Counted from the first letter of the whole stretch, positions 1 to 9,331 are shown. The stretch: 61,802 nt of DNA, filler included, from 5 parts of 5 records of this genome joined end to end with filler, not necessarily neighbours in it, one strand, 5' to 3'. Program-made: numbers and translations. Notes: generated by a model from the sequence alone, not told the origin.

Positions 1-108
1 CATACCATCAATAATTTTGTTTATGAGTTTCCAAATAAATAAACCTAGACCTATAGCTGCTGCTATTGGGAAACCAACTTCATTAATTAATTGAACTACT
101 GAATCCAT
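1..108 (-). CDS. Small phage membrane protein, YvrJ/holin-like (3' end cut by window edge; not in ORF track)
   Basis: ATG at 108 overlaps the upstream TAA (TAATG); reads MDSVVQLINEVGFPIAAAIGLGLFIWKLINKIIDGM, with one TM helix and a GFPIA motif. Confidence 0.75.
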   Translation of the reverse strand, partial: MDSVVQLINEVGFPIAAAIGLGLFIWKLINKIIDGM

Positions 109-497
109 TAGCTTGGCACACTTGGAAATGTTACATCTTTTGGATTATCGTCACTGTTATATTGTGATGGTAAATCTCTTAAAGATTGTCTGTAAGTTGC
201 CCATTCTTGTTTTTCAGAATCAGATAGAGGACTGTCATTATTTTGTGTCCAATCTGAATTTGTAAGTAACACATCTCTTAGTTCTCTTATCCATATAACA
301 CAGTCTATAGGTGCTTGATAAGCTACTACCTCATTATCAACTACTTTAAAACTTCCAGCTTGATAAAATCCCTCAACATAACCATTAACTAGATTCCCAT
401 CATCATCTAAAAGGTAAGGTTGTATATTATCTGTATTTTGTAAATCAATGTTGCCATGAATTATGCCTGTAGATAATGTGTATAAACTGTAAACCAT
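108..497 (-). CDS. Phage tail fibre assembly chaperone
   Basis: C-terminal IRELRDVLLTNSDWTQ..DSPLS...WATYRQSLRDLP signature; directly follows the tail-tip gene. Confidence 0.85.
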   Translation of the reverse strand: MVYSLYTLSTGIIHGNIDLQNTDNIQPYLLDDDGNLVNGYVEGFYQAGSFKVVDNEVVAYQAPIDCVIWIRELRDVLLTNSDWTQNNDSPLSDSEKQEWATYRQSLRDLPSQYNSDDNPKDVTFPSVPS

Positions 498-3400
498 TTA
501 TTTATATAACCTCGTGACTTGTTGAAATGTACCGCCAAAACCTTTTTGTGATTGTGAATTATTTGCATATTTAGCTATATATCCATGTATCCTAAATTTA
601 TAACTATTACCAATTGTTAAATTAACAGTAGCACCTAAACTTAGAGAATATGGTTCTCCTCTACGATTTATAAAAGTTGAAACAACTATATTTGTTAACC
701 CACCTGATGTTGTGTCAAACAAAGTAATCACTAACGCTGTATCTTCATCACCATTAAAACTACCAACAGGATTTGCTGTAGCAAAAAGCGTATATGTTTG
801 CGTACCAGTTAAACCTGATGGTACTGTAAAATCAATATCAGTTCCGATTGTAGGTAAAATTAAATTACCACCTGATACAGCGTATGTATGATAAGGAGTA
901 GATGCTCCAAAGGTACTAATAAATGGAAACGCAAATGTTCCAAAATCTGTTGCACTTGTATTGCTACCAGTTGATGATGCAATTTTTCCTATAGAATCAG
1001 CATTAATATTACTAAAACCATTAAAAGTACCAAGTCGCAAATTTCCACTACCATCAGTATCAATAGTGACATCATCTATTTGTATATTATCAGCACTTAA
1101 ACTACCAGTTGAAATGTTGTCTGCATTTATATTTGTTATTGTTACGCTACTAGCATCTATACTACCTGCTGTTATTGTTCCTAAATTAGCTGATATAGCA
1201 CCAAGATTTGCAACATTAATCTCTGTTGCAGTTATAGAATCTGCCGCCATTTGTGTTGCTGTAATTGTGTTAGCTGCTATTTGTGTAGCAGTTATGGTAT
1301 TTGCTGCTATTTGACTTGCTGTTATTGTATTAGCTGCTATTTCAGTTGCTGTGACTGCGTTAGCAGCAATTTTGTCAGTGGTTATAGCATCAGAAATAAT
1401 TTTAATAGCTGTTACTGCATCTGTGGCTATTTCTGTAGCTGTTATAGCACCTGCATTTATTTTAGCTGTGGTGATAGCGTTAGCAATAATTTTATCTGAT
1501 GTGATTGCATTTGTTTGTATGTTATTAGCAACAATTGCGTTTGCAGCCACCTTATCAGCAGTCACAGCATCTGCTGCTATTTTTACAGCAGTTATGGCAT
1601 TAGTTGCAATAGTATCTGCTGTAATAGCACCAGCGTTAATTTTTGCTGTTGTTATTGCATTAGCAACTATCTTTCCAGTAGTTACCGCATTATCAGAAAT
1701 TTTAGTTTCAGTTATTGCGTTGGCTACAAGTTGTGCTGTATCAACAGCGTTATCTGCAAGTTTTGCGTTTGTAACTGCATCTGTTCCTAGTTTTGTATTA
1801 GTTACTGCACCTGTAGCAATTTTTGCTGCACTTATCGCACTTGATACTATTTGTGCTGTGTTTACTGCATTATCTGCTATCTTGGCATTAGTGACTGCAT
1901 CAACTCCTAACTTAGCTTCAACAATTGCACCTGCTGCTATAACATCACCCTGTATTGCATCTACTGCTATTTTTGCATTTGTGACAGCATCTTCTGCAAG
2001 TTTAACTGTAGTAATAATCCCATCAGTTATGTCACTTTCATTTACAACACTAAAACTGCCAGTAACACTACCAACAAATGCTGAATGTACATCTGAATGA
2101 TTTACAGACCTAACCCAAAAATAATAGGTTGTACCTGCTGTTAAATTATCTTGTGTTCCAAATAATGTAGTAGTCTTTTTACCATTTTGTCCATATAAAG
2201 TGTCAACTAAATATGTGTCATCTGTGGGTGTAACATTTGTAGTTCTTCTATAGATTTTAGTAGCTTTTAGGTCAGAACTTGTTGAGTTTACCCATGATAA
2301 TAAAATATTGAATGTTTCACCTGTTGATGCTGTAAGACTTGTAGGTGCAGCAGGTGCATCAGTTGGTGCTGCTATTGTTATGTTGACTACACTGGTATAA
2401 GAACTAGCTACACCATTAACATCAATATGCCTAGCTTTAACATTATAAGTTTTACCTACTACAACATTAGGGAGAAGGGCTACAGCAACACCTTTTCCAA
2501 CAGTAAAGTCTGAGGTATATGCACCATCTGTACTTAGCTTATACGCCACCTCTGTAAGTGTGACCTTATCGCTAGAGTTATTAGTCCATGATGCTTTTAT
2601 ATCTACTTTAGTTGTAACACCATCTTTATTTGTTTGTTGAGCTAAAGCAAGATTACTTGGTGCTGTGACAGCATAAGTACCAGTTCCAACATCACTACCC
2701 TCTGATTGACCAGTTGTGTAATCACTTGTTGCAAAATCAAAAACACTAGCTGCAACTTCTTTTAAATCTAATCTAGTTCCTAAAACAGTAGAATCTCCTG
2801 AAGTTATAGCTTCAATATTAGTTCCTAATACTTCAAAAACTTTTTGACTATAGCCTAGTCTTTCATTAGTTAGATATACCCAATCATTAGGTTGTAATCT
2901 CATAAATTTAAGGCTTGTTAAGGCACTCAAACTAACTGTTTGTCTTTGACTTTTTAAAGCAATTCTTCCTAGCCTTTGTGCCATTGTGTCTGTAACTGTG
3001 TATGGTAATTGCACTTCCATATTTTTTACATAATTAGCAGTGGATTCACCTGATGGCGTATCAGCATTTAACATTGTTGTGTCTTGATATACTTCTGCAT
3101 CTGTTCCAACATAATTTTGTGTAGAATCTACATATATTGGTTTTACAGTATTATACAAAGCACCTGTAGTTGGTTTTGTTCCTACTTGCAATGATGCAAG
3201 TAAATCATCATCAGTAATAGTTAATGATGGTGTTTGGGAAGCACCTGCAAATATATTAAATTTACCATTAACATAAGAAACTTTACCTGCCATTGAAGAC
3301 AAATAACCTTCTATAATATCTTTACCATTTGCACTAAAATTAGTAAATCCATTTGCTGTATATCTTTTTTCTGTAGTTGAACCATCTGCTAGTGTGACAT

Positions 3401-4262
3401 TTTGGTCACATATATTTGCTGCTGAAGCAAAACCACCTGCATTAGTTGTATCATTTATTTCAGATGTTTTTGCTTTCAACCCATATTCTGTATTTGTTAA
3501 ATAATCTCTAATAATTAAAGCTGGGTTTGACCTTTGCAAGTCTGTAGTTGCGTTTGCACCTGTTCTAGGGTCATAAACATTTTTACCTTTTACTAAAAAA
3601 GAAGTTGCTGGTATACCACCACCGAATGCTTCTGCATCAAAGACCATTTGAATATAAACATAAGCAACGCCAAGAAACTTATCAGTAGTTCCCATAGAAC
3701 TTAATTGAGCATTCATATAACCATCTACAGCAGTCTGACTGCCATCTTGGAATGTATATCTTATTAATCTACCACTACCAAAGTTGTTATCATTTTCTGT
3801 GTTTGTAAAATCTGCATTAGTTACTGTATATACAGTTGAACCATTTATTGTGCTTGTGCTTGTTGTTAAATCTTTATCATTAAGTCTTAAATTTGTAAGT
3901 TCTTCAATTTCATGACCAGCTAGTGCAATTACCATGTGTAACAAATAATTATCAGTACCAGTTGTTTCCATGTGTACAATTGTTCCACCGATGCGACATT
4001 TACCATATACAATTTGTCTTGGTGCTGCTGCTTGTCTTGCAGATGTTTTCGTACCAAAGTTTTCTCCGACACCACTGATTGAGCTAGATGTAGCACCTGA
4101 TAACAATGTTGTAAGTGCTGCGTATGTTGCAAGAGTAGCAGTATTAATACCAAACAAAAAAGCACCTGTAACACCCACAGTACCAAGAATAAAAGCAGCA
4201 CCAGTTGCTACTGCCCAAACAACAACAAAGGCTTTTACTGCACTTTTTACTGCTTTAGCCAT
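498..4262 (-). CDS. Tail tip / central tail fibre protein (lambda J / GTA megatron-like) with FN3-like domains and a repeat shaft
   Basis: PRQIVYG..RIGG, VKGKNVYDPR, SNPALIIRDYL motifs; APSNL/APTSL..SW..YYFWVRSVN FN3-like segments; 1254 aa. Confidence 0.9.
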   Translation of the reverse strand: MAKAVKSAVKAFVVVWAVATGAAFILGTVGVTGAFLFGINTATLATYAALTTLLSGATSSSISGVGENFGTKTSARQAAAPRQIVYGKCRIGGTIVHMETTGTDNYLLHMVIALAGHEIEELTNLRLNDKDLTTSTSTINGSTVYTVTNADFTNTENDNNFGSGRLIRYTFQDGSQTAVDGYMNAQLSSMGTTDKFLGVAYVYIQMVFDAEAFGGGIPATSFLVKGKNVYDPRTGANATTDLQRSNPALIIRDYLTNTEYGLKAKTSEINDTTNAGGFASAANICDQNVTLADGSTTEKRYTANGFTNFSANGKDIIEGYLSSMAGKVSYVNGKFNIFAGASQTPSLTITDDDLLASLQVGTKPTTGALYNTVKPIYVDSTQNYVGTDAEVYQDTTMLNADTPSGESTANYVKNMEVQLPYTVTDTMAQRLGRIALKSQRQTVSLSALTSLKFMRLQPNDWVYLTNERLGYSQKVFEVLGTNIEAITSGDSTVLGTRLDLKEVAASVFDFATSDYTTGQSEGSDVGTGTYAVTAPSNLALAQQTNKDGVTTKVDIKASWTNNSSDKVTLTEVAYKLSTDGAYTSDFTVGKGVAVALLPNVVVGKTYNVKARHIDVNGVASSYTSVVNITIAAPTDAPAAPTSLTASTGETFNILLSWVNSTSSDLKATKIYRRTTNVTPTDDTYLVDTLYGQNGKKTTTLFGTQDNLTAGTTYYFWVRSVNHSDVHSAFVGSVTGSFSVVNESDITDGIITTVKLAEDAVTNAKIAVDAIQGDVIAAGAIVEAKLGVDAVTNAKIADNAVNTAQIVSSAISAAKIATGAVTNTKLGTDAVTNAKLADNAVDTAQLVANAITETKISDNAVTTGKIVANAITTAKINAGAITADTIATNAITAVKIAADAVTADKVAANAIVANNIQTNAITSDKIIANAITTAKINAGAITATEIATDAVTAIKIISDAITTDKIAANAVTATEIAANTITASQIAANTITATQIAANTITATQMAADSITATEINVANLGAISANLGTITAGSIDASSVTITNINADNISTGSLSADNIQIDDVTIDTDGSGNLRLGTFNGFSNINADSIGKIASSTGSNTSATDFGTFAFPFISTFGASTPYHTYAVSGGNLILPTIGTDIDFTVPSGLTGTQTYTLFATANPVGSFNGDEDTALVITLFDTTSGGLTNIVVSTFINRRGEPYSLSLGATVNLTIGNSYKFRIHGYIAKYANNSQSQKGFGGTFQQVTRLYK
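1221..2030 (-). repeat. 27 in-register 30-nt/10-aa coding repeats (consensus IAANAITTAK) inside the tail-tip gene
   Basis: Counted from ITDGIITTVK to MAADSITATE; hydrophobic residue every 5th position; no indels. Confidence 0.95.
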
Positions 4263-4671
4263 CTATATTCCATGCTTTAACAATTAAACTAGATTCTTTA
4301 GTAACTATGCCATCCTCTGAGACAGAGAGTATGCACATACCATCATGTATACCAACAAGTTCTGACTCTTCTTTATACACTACAAGGTCTCCTTTACTTA
4401 CATAAGCTGTTTCTATTTGTTTTATGCCTTTTGATTTACATGCTTTTTCTATACTTTTTAACAATGTCTTACCATATTTTTTTATTGCTTCTAACGCTGT
4501 TGCTTCATCTTTCCATTTAAGTGTTTTAGGTATTAAATCTTCACCAGTAATTTCTTTAATAATTGCATTTGAAAATTTACAACAATCCCATGTACCCCAA
4601 GCAAAAGGTTTATTTTTATTTTCATAAATAAAGTTATTAAATTTAATTTCCCAATCAATAATTTTTTTCAT
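4255..4671 (-). CDS. NlpC/P60-like tail tip protein (DUF6950-like)
   Basis: PFAWGTWDCCKF..TGED..GDLV motif; lies between hub and tail tip genes. Confidence 0.75.
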   Translation of the reverse strand: MKKIIDWEIKFNNFIYENKNKPFAWGTWDCCKFSNAIIKEITGEDLIPKTLKWKDEATALEAIKKYGKTLLKSIEKACKSKGIKQIETAYVSKGDLVVYKEESELVGIHDGMCILSVSEDGIVTKESSLIVKAWNIDG

Positions 4672-5312
4672 TTTTCTGATTTATTTTTTGCTATAGCACT
4701 TTGTCTAGAATTTCTACTACTACCTGTTCCACCACCTACTGTATCTGATTGTTTACCCCAAATAATTTCTTTATCTTGTAAAGATGACACTCTATTAAAT
4801 GCAGTATCTCCTGAATGTAAAAAGTTTTGTGATTCTTTTGTGTATCTAAAGTTAGATGGTCTATCTAAGTCAATTAATCTACTTTCTGCTTGTACTGTCA
4901 CTGTAGAACCATCAGGTGTATCTGCTACAGACAAATTAGTCATTCTTCCTTTGAATAAAGTAAGCGTACCTGCTACTTCATTTGTACCACCCATAACATA
5001 ACCAAGAAACAAGGTAATATTTCTATTTTGATAATTTTCAGATAAAGCATAATTTAGAACTGTATTATCCATTGCAGACAAACTAACATTTAAACTACTT
5101 GAACTTAATTCTAAATTTTCTTCTAAATTACCTATTGATAACAATGTTCCAGCACCAGTATATGTTTCAGAGTTTATTGTTAAGTCATCAATACCAGTCC
5201 AAACTCTAATATCATCTGTATCAAATTCAGCTTTAACTGCTAAAAATAAAGCCTGTTCATCTGCACCTAAACGATTAACAATAGATGTATCTAATCCTTG
5301 TCTAGTTGCCAT
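4668..5312 (-). CDS. Tail tip hub / minor tail protein
   Basis: WTGIDDL..YTGAG, LFKGRM, RYT.ESQ..HSGD..F..WG motifs; position after Dit. Confidence 0.75.
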   Translation of the reverse strand: MATRQGLDTSIVNRLGADEQALFLAVKAEFDTDDIRVWTGIDDLTINSETYTGAGTLLSIGNLEENLELSSSSLNVSLSAMDNTVLNYALSENYQNRNITLFLGYVMGGTNEVAGTLTLFKGRMTNLSVADTPDGSTVTVQAESRLIDLDRPSNFRYTKESQNFLHSGDTAFNRVSSLQDKEIIWGKQSDTVGGGTGSSRNSRQSAIAKNKSEK

Positions 5313-5313
5313 T

Positions 5314-6186
5314 TTAAATTACCTCAGTACAGGAAAAACTTATACCATAATTTGATATTTTGTCAGCAGTCCAATTTACCTCATCACTTGTTAATCTAAA
5401 ATTACCTTTTGGATTTGTGAATACAACATAATGCCCACTAGCTAAATCTGACCTTAACTTTGGCTCTGTCTTCACAGCATAAAAATCATTACCTGCATCA
5501 CTTGTTGCAGTAGCATCTTCTACCACCATAACTAATTGTGCTGGTGTTCCTGTTGAACTTGCTGCTGATTGTATACTAAGGTAGTCTCCTTTCTTTATAG
5601 TGCCACTAGCACCTGTTGTAGAAGCCCTAAGACATAAACCTGTAGCACCTTTGACATTAGTTCTGACCTTACAACTTGCGGTACTACTTTCTGCAGTAAA
5701 ATCACCATCAGTAACAATAACTGTATTACTTGTTACAGTAGTTACTTTATGTGTTCCATTGTTTTCTTCATTAGTTGCACCTGTTACAACAATAAAATCA
5801 CCTACTTTAGTATTCGCAAAAGTTGAAGCATTAGCTGTTAGTGTTCCATTACTATTAAAAGACAAAGTAACATTCGTATTATTAGTTCTTAATTCAGAAG
5901 TTAAATGTGCTGTTGTGTATGTACCATTATTTGTTAAAGCATCAGGGTCAGCAAATTTAAAAGTATTTACAGGACCATTTAGTTCTAAAAGAAATGATTG
6001 CCAATTAAGAGCAACATTTCTACGCATTGGCGGTAAAGATACTTGAGCAGTCCAATACACCCCATCAAATTCTTGTGTTTTAGTCTTACCTGTAAAAGGT
6101 GAAACAGTTGTACCTACAGTTCTAACAAGTGAGAATGTACTTCTAACAAAGTTAGGAGTTGTAGGCATAGTTATTAATTTAGCCAC
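5314..6186 (-). CDS. Distal tail protein (Dit-like) with inserted domain
   Basis: SPFTG..Q..WTAQVSLPP..WQSFLLELNG..F.FADP N-terminus and NPKGNFRL..YGISFSCTEVI C-terminus; GTG start overlapping the TMP stop chosen. Confidence 0.75.
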   Translation of the reverse strand: MAKLITMPTTPNFVRSTFSLVRTVGTTVSPFTGKTKTQEFDGVYWTAQVSLPPMRRNVALNWQSFLLELNGPVNTFKFADPDALTNNGTYTTAHLTSELRTNNTNVTLSFNSNGTLTANASTFANTKVGDFIVVTGATNEENNGTHKVTTVTSNTVIVTDGDFTAESSTASCKVRTNVKGATGLCLRASTTGASGTIKKGDYLSIQSAASSTGTPAQLVMVVEDATATSDAGNDFYAVKTEPKLRSDLASGHYVVFTNPKGNFRLTSDEVNWTADKISNYGISFSCTEVI

Positions 6187-8104
6187 CTTGTAACATTCTC
6201 CTATAATTACCACCACGCATTGCTGCTTCTGCTACTGCATTTTTAGTAACATCAGATATTTGTGGTAGCATTTGCATAACTTCAGCTCTTACAGTTGGAA
6301 CAACACCAGTAGCAAAATTGATTGATTGATTTATTACTGTAGTGCCACCACCACCCATAGCATTTTTGCTATTCATGTTATTCATAATAGTGCCACCAGT
6401 ATTAGGTACAAATATTTCAGGACCACGTTCACCTACTAAAGTTGCTTGACCACCTTGTATTGTTCCACCACCTGCTTTACCTGTTGGCATGGTTGGTAAA
6501 CCAACAGCAGTAAACAAAGCATTCATCATAGGTTTGATTACTTGCATTTTTAAAAATTCTGCAATGACTTGTTGAATCATATCTCCAACCAAGTTTCTAA
6601 ATGATACTAGTGCATTTTCTCCATCTTGTAGTGCATTAATAAAATCATTAGCAAATTGGTCAGCAGCACTTTCTAATATCAAAGCTAATTCATCTGTTAC
6701 AGCACCAGTTTCTTCTAATTCTTTTTTAACTTTTTCTAAATGTGTAACGACATTTTGTAATTCACTTGCATCTTTTACACCAAGAAAAGCCATAATACCT
6801 TTCATGTCTTCTTCATTAGGTGTGTCCATTAGACCTTTTATATAATCTATTTGTTCTTGTAATTTTTGTGTTTCAGGTATTGTGTCTTCTACTAGCTTTT
6901 TAAAGGTTGATTGAAAATCAATTAATCCTTCAATGTTACCAGCAGCAAAAGGTTCATCAACATCTGCAGTTGGTTCGTTTAATCTTGTTCTTTCAGCTAT
7001 TAATTCATCTACAATTCTTGAATAGTTATCATAATTTTTTTGTGCTTTATCAACTAAATCTCTAAATATTAAACTTTCTTGTCCTATAAAACCTGCATCT
7101 ATAACTTCTTGTAAACTTTGTTTTGCTGCATTTAATTCATCAAAAGCTATTGCTTTTATATCTTGTGCTAAATTTAGTTTAACAGGTAATTCTAACTCAT
7201 CAGTCTTACCAGTCTTGTCACCTAACATATCACCCAATGATGCAGTATCATTCGCAATACGAACTGCTCTTGCTGCTTGGTCAGCAAATTTTGTTAATCT
7301 ATCTGTTAAGTTTTTTAAAGTATCACCTAGTCCACTTTTAAAGACTTCATCAGCTAATTGTTTAAAAGCTATAACCATATTTGATGCTTTAGTAGATAAG
7401 TTATCCATCTTAGATTCCATAGCACCACCAAACTTTTCATTCAAGCCTTCTGTTAATGCTTTTACCATTTCAGCAGCACCTTCAGCAGTTTTACCAAATT
7501 TTGCTATGTCATCTTTTGTTAGATTTAATTTATCACCAAGAATACCAAGAACATCTATACCTCTGTCAGAAATCATATTTAATTCTTCAAGACCCATACC
7601 GCCTGAAGCTGACCTTTGTACCATTCTTATAAGTGCTTCAAATGTTCCTAACTGGTCAACTGAAACAGATGCAGTGTCAGCAAATGTCTGTAACATATCC
7701 ATGCTTGGTTCTATACCTGCTGATTTAAGTGCAATAAATGCCTTAGTTGCATCTTCTATTTGGAAAGGTGTTGTTTGTGCAAAAGTGAAAACTTTTTGCA
7801 TAGCTGAATCACCTGCTTCAATACTACCAAATACTTGGTCTAATGAATCTTTTAAGTCTTCAAATCCTGCACCAACTCCTGCGATAGCTTTTATTGGTAA
7901 GACTATAGCTGCTATACCTGCTGCTACTCCTAATGCTGGACCACGAATACCCTTTAAAGATGCTGCCATACCACCAAAAGCAGCACCACCTACAGCACCT
8001 GTAACTCTAATTTTGCCTTGTATTTGTTTTAAATCTTTTTGTAGCTGTTTAGTATCAGCTTTTATTTCAATGACTAATTCATCTATTGTTTTTCCACTAG
8101 CCAT
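6179..8104 (-). CDS. Tail tape measure protein (641 aa)
   Basis: FAQTTPFQIE..AF tape-measure domain, long helical Ala/Glu/Lys-rich body, C-terminal AGGG..LVGERGPEIFVP. Confidence 0.93.
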   Translation of the reverse strand: MASGKTIDELVIEIKADTKQLQKDLKQIQGKIRVTGAVGGAAFGGMAASLKGIRGPALGVAAGIAAIVLPIKAIAGVGAGFEDLKDSLDQVFGSIEAGDSAMQKVFTFAQTTPFQIEDATKAFIALKSAGIEPSMDMLQTFADTASVSVDQLGTFEALIRMVQRSASGGMGLEELNMISDRGIDVLGILGDKLNLTKDDIAKFGKTAEGAAEMVKALTEGLNEKFGGAMESKMDNLSTKASNMVIAFKQLADEVFKSGLGDTLKNLTDRLTKFADQAARAVRIANDTASLGDMLGDKTGKTDELELPVKLNLAQDIKAIAFDELNAAKQSLQEVIDAGFIGQESLIFRDLVDKAQKNYDNYSRIVDELIAERTRLNEPTADVDEPFAAGNIEGLIDFQSTFKKLVEDTIPETQKLQEQIDYIKGLMDTPNEEDMKGIMAFLGVKDASELQNVVTHLEKVKKELEETGAVTDELALILESAADQFANDFINALQDGENALVSFRNLVGDMIQQVIAEFLKMQVIKPMMNALFTAVGLPTMPTGKAGGGTIQGGQATLVGERGPEIFVPNTGGTIMNNMNSKNAMGGGGTTVINQSINFATGVVPTVRAEVMQMLPQISDVTKNAVAEAAMRGGNYRRMLQGG

Positions 8105-8306
8105 CAGGATATAGCTCCATCATTTCTTCTAACCTATTTGAATCCATAGGTTCTTCTTTTTCTTCTGTGCTGTTAAATTCTTTAAAACCTTTTATAACTA
8201 AATACATTTCACGAGGAGATAGATTCCAAAAATCATCAGGTCGCATGTTTATCATACCAATACAGATTTTTACATAATCTGACCAGTTGATGCTTACTGG
8301 ATTCAT
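8097..8306 (-). CDS. Tail assembly chaperone, downstream (gpT-like) ORF
   Basis: RPDDFWNLSPREM..LEEMMELYPD motif; immediately before TMP; lies in the -1 frame of the upstream chaperone. Confidence 0.85.
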   Translation of the reverse strand: MNPVSINWSDYVKICIGMINMRPDDFWNLSPREMYLVIKGFKEFNSTEEKEEPMDSNRLEEMMELYPDG

Positions 8307-8650
8307 GCTACTTTTTCTTTTTTTTTATCTTCCTCATCTGAGTCATTATCGGTTAATGTTGCAACTAAGAGTTTAGCTACTTCGGTTGATGCTACTACTA
8401 TGCCTACGCTTGATATGATTTCACCAACTTTTTTATCATCAAAATCATTACCACCACCTCTTAACGCATATCTCATAACAACTATAAGAGTTCTAATACG
8501 CACTTTAGCATCAGCAATGGCAGTAGCTAACTCTAAAATGCCTTTATCAAGTTCATCTTCTATTCTTACTAATGCATCAATTGTAAGTCTGCATTTATAA
8601 GTTTCTTTATTAAGGGTTATTAATACTTCACCCTTTAGTGGATTCGCCAT
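8303..8650 (-). CDS. Tail assembly chaperone (gpG-like, GTA g10-like)
   Basis: MANPLKGEV..L...YKCRLTIDAL.RIE; AGGAGA RBS upstream of ATG 8650. Confidence 0.85.
   Translation of the reverse strand: MANPLKGEVLITLNKETYKCRLTIDALVRIEDELDKGILELATAIADAKVRIRTLIVVMRYALRGGGNDFDDKKVGEIISSVGIVVASTEVAKLLVATLTDNDSDEEDKKKEKVA
8318..8326 (-). promoter_or_regulatory. Probable programmed -1 ribosomal frameshift site (A9 run)
   Basis: GAT AAA AAA AAA GAA near the chaperone 3' end; the -1 frame is open (K R K S S) into MNPVSINW. Confidence 0.8.
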
Positions 8651-8864
8651 CTGACTTTTCTCCTTTCGGTTGACTTGCCTTTGCAAGTTTTATTTTTAAT
8701 ATATTATCTCTTGTATCAATTGATGAAGACATAACCTGCATGATTTTACCATTCACTTTGATTGTATCTTTGATATCGCAAACAGGAATATCTAATTGTT
8801 CGCCATCAAACATACCAGTAATATCTTGGTTATTAATTCTAACTACTACTTTTTCCCAAGCCAT
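8628..8864 (-). CDS. Phage hypothetical protein (78 aa)
   Basis: AAGGAG RBS; fills the gap between tube and chaperone; co-oriented. Confidence 0.75.
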   Translation of the reverse strand: MAWEKVVVRINNQDITGMFDGEQLDIPVCDIKDTIKVNGKIMQVMSSSIDTRDNILKIKLAKASQPKGEKSDGESTKG

Positions 8865-8874
8865 AAGTTACTCC

Positions 8875-9315
8875 TTATGCTGCTGCGAATGTTATATATC
8901 CTGCTGATTCAAAAGACATTGAATATGTTGCTTCACCATTATATTCACCAGCATACTCTAAAGATGTAATTTGAAAAGAACCAGTATAAGTACCTAAATT
9001 TGGTATTATAAATTGGAAACTTTCAAATGCTGCTGTTTGTGCTGATGAGCCATCTGTAGTGTTTTGTTGTGCTGCAAAAGCAGTTCTAACTGCAACTTCT
9101 GCTGCTGAATCTGTGAATACTCCTGAACCACTAACAGAAAGGCTATTTACACCTGCTCCTGCTAATAAAGTTCTAGTACCAAGACTGTCTTTGTTAGTAA
9201 TATCTACTGATTCATCATTAAGTGTTATAGATGTAGACCTTAAACCACCGATAGTAGTTTTAGTTCCACTGATGTCAATTTTCATTAAGACATCTAAACC
9301 TTTTTGTGCTGCCAT
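8875..9315 (-). CDS. Major tail tube protein (TP901-1/GTA type)
   Basis: MAAQKG..L.KI..GGLRSTSITLNDESVDITNKDS..SGSGVF..GEYNGEATYSMSFESAG. Confidence 0.92.
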   Translation of the reverse strand: MAAQKGLDVLMKIDISGTKTTIGGLRSTSITLNDESVDITNKDSLGTRTLLAGAGVNSLSVSGSGVFTDSAAEVAVRTAFAAQQNTTDGSSAQTAAFESFQFIIPNLGTYTGSFQITSLEYAGEYNGEATYSMSFESAGYITFAAA

Positions 9316-9331
9316 TTTTTTCTCCTATAAA

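Noticed and set aside
1221-2030. 30-nt periodicity considered as a CRISPR array or diversity-generating retroelement repeat
   Set aside because: Repeats are in-frame, degenerate at third positions and lack spacers; no cas or reverse transcriptase gene; no adenine-specific template/variable pair seen
961-2100. Long plus-strand ORFs (961-1314, 1351-2100) and Cys-rich ORFs opposite the tail-tip repeats
   Set aside because: Antisense shadows of Ala/Ile/Thr codon repeats, which lack reverse-strand stops; no RBS or family motifs
7215-8114. 299-aa plus-strand ORF
   Set aside because: Entirely antisense to the tape measure gene; no recognisable motifs
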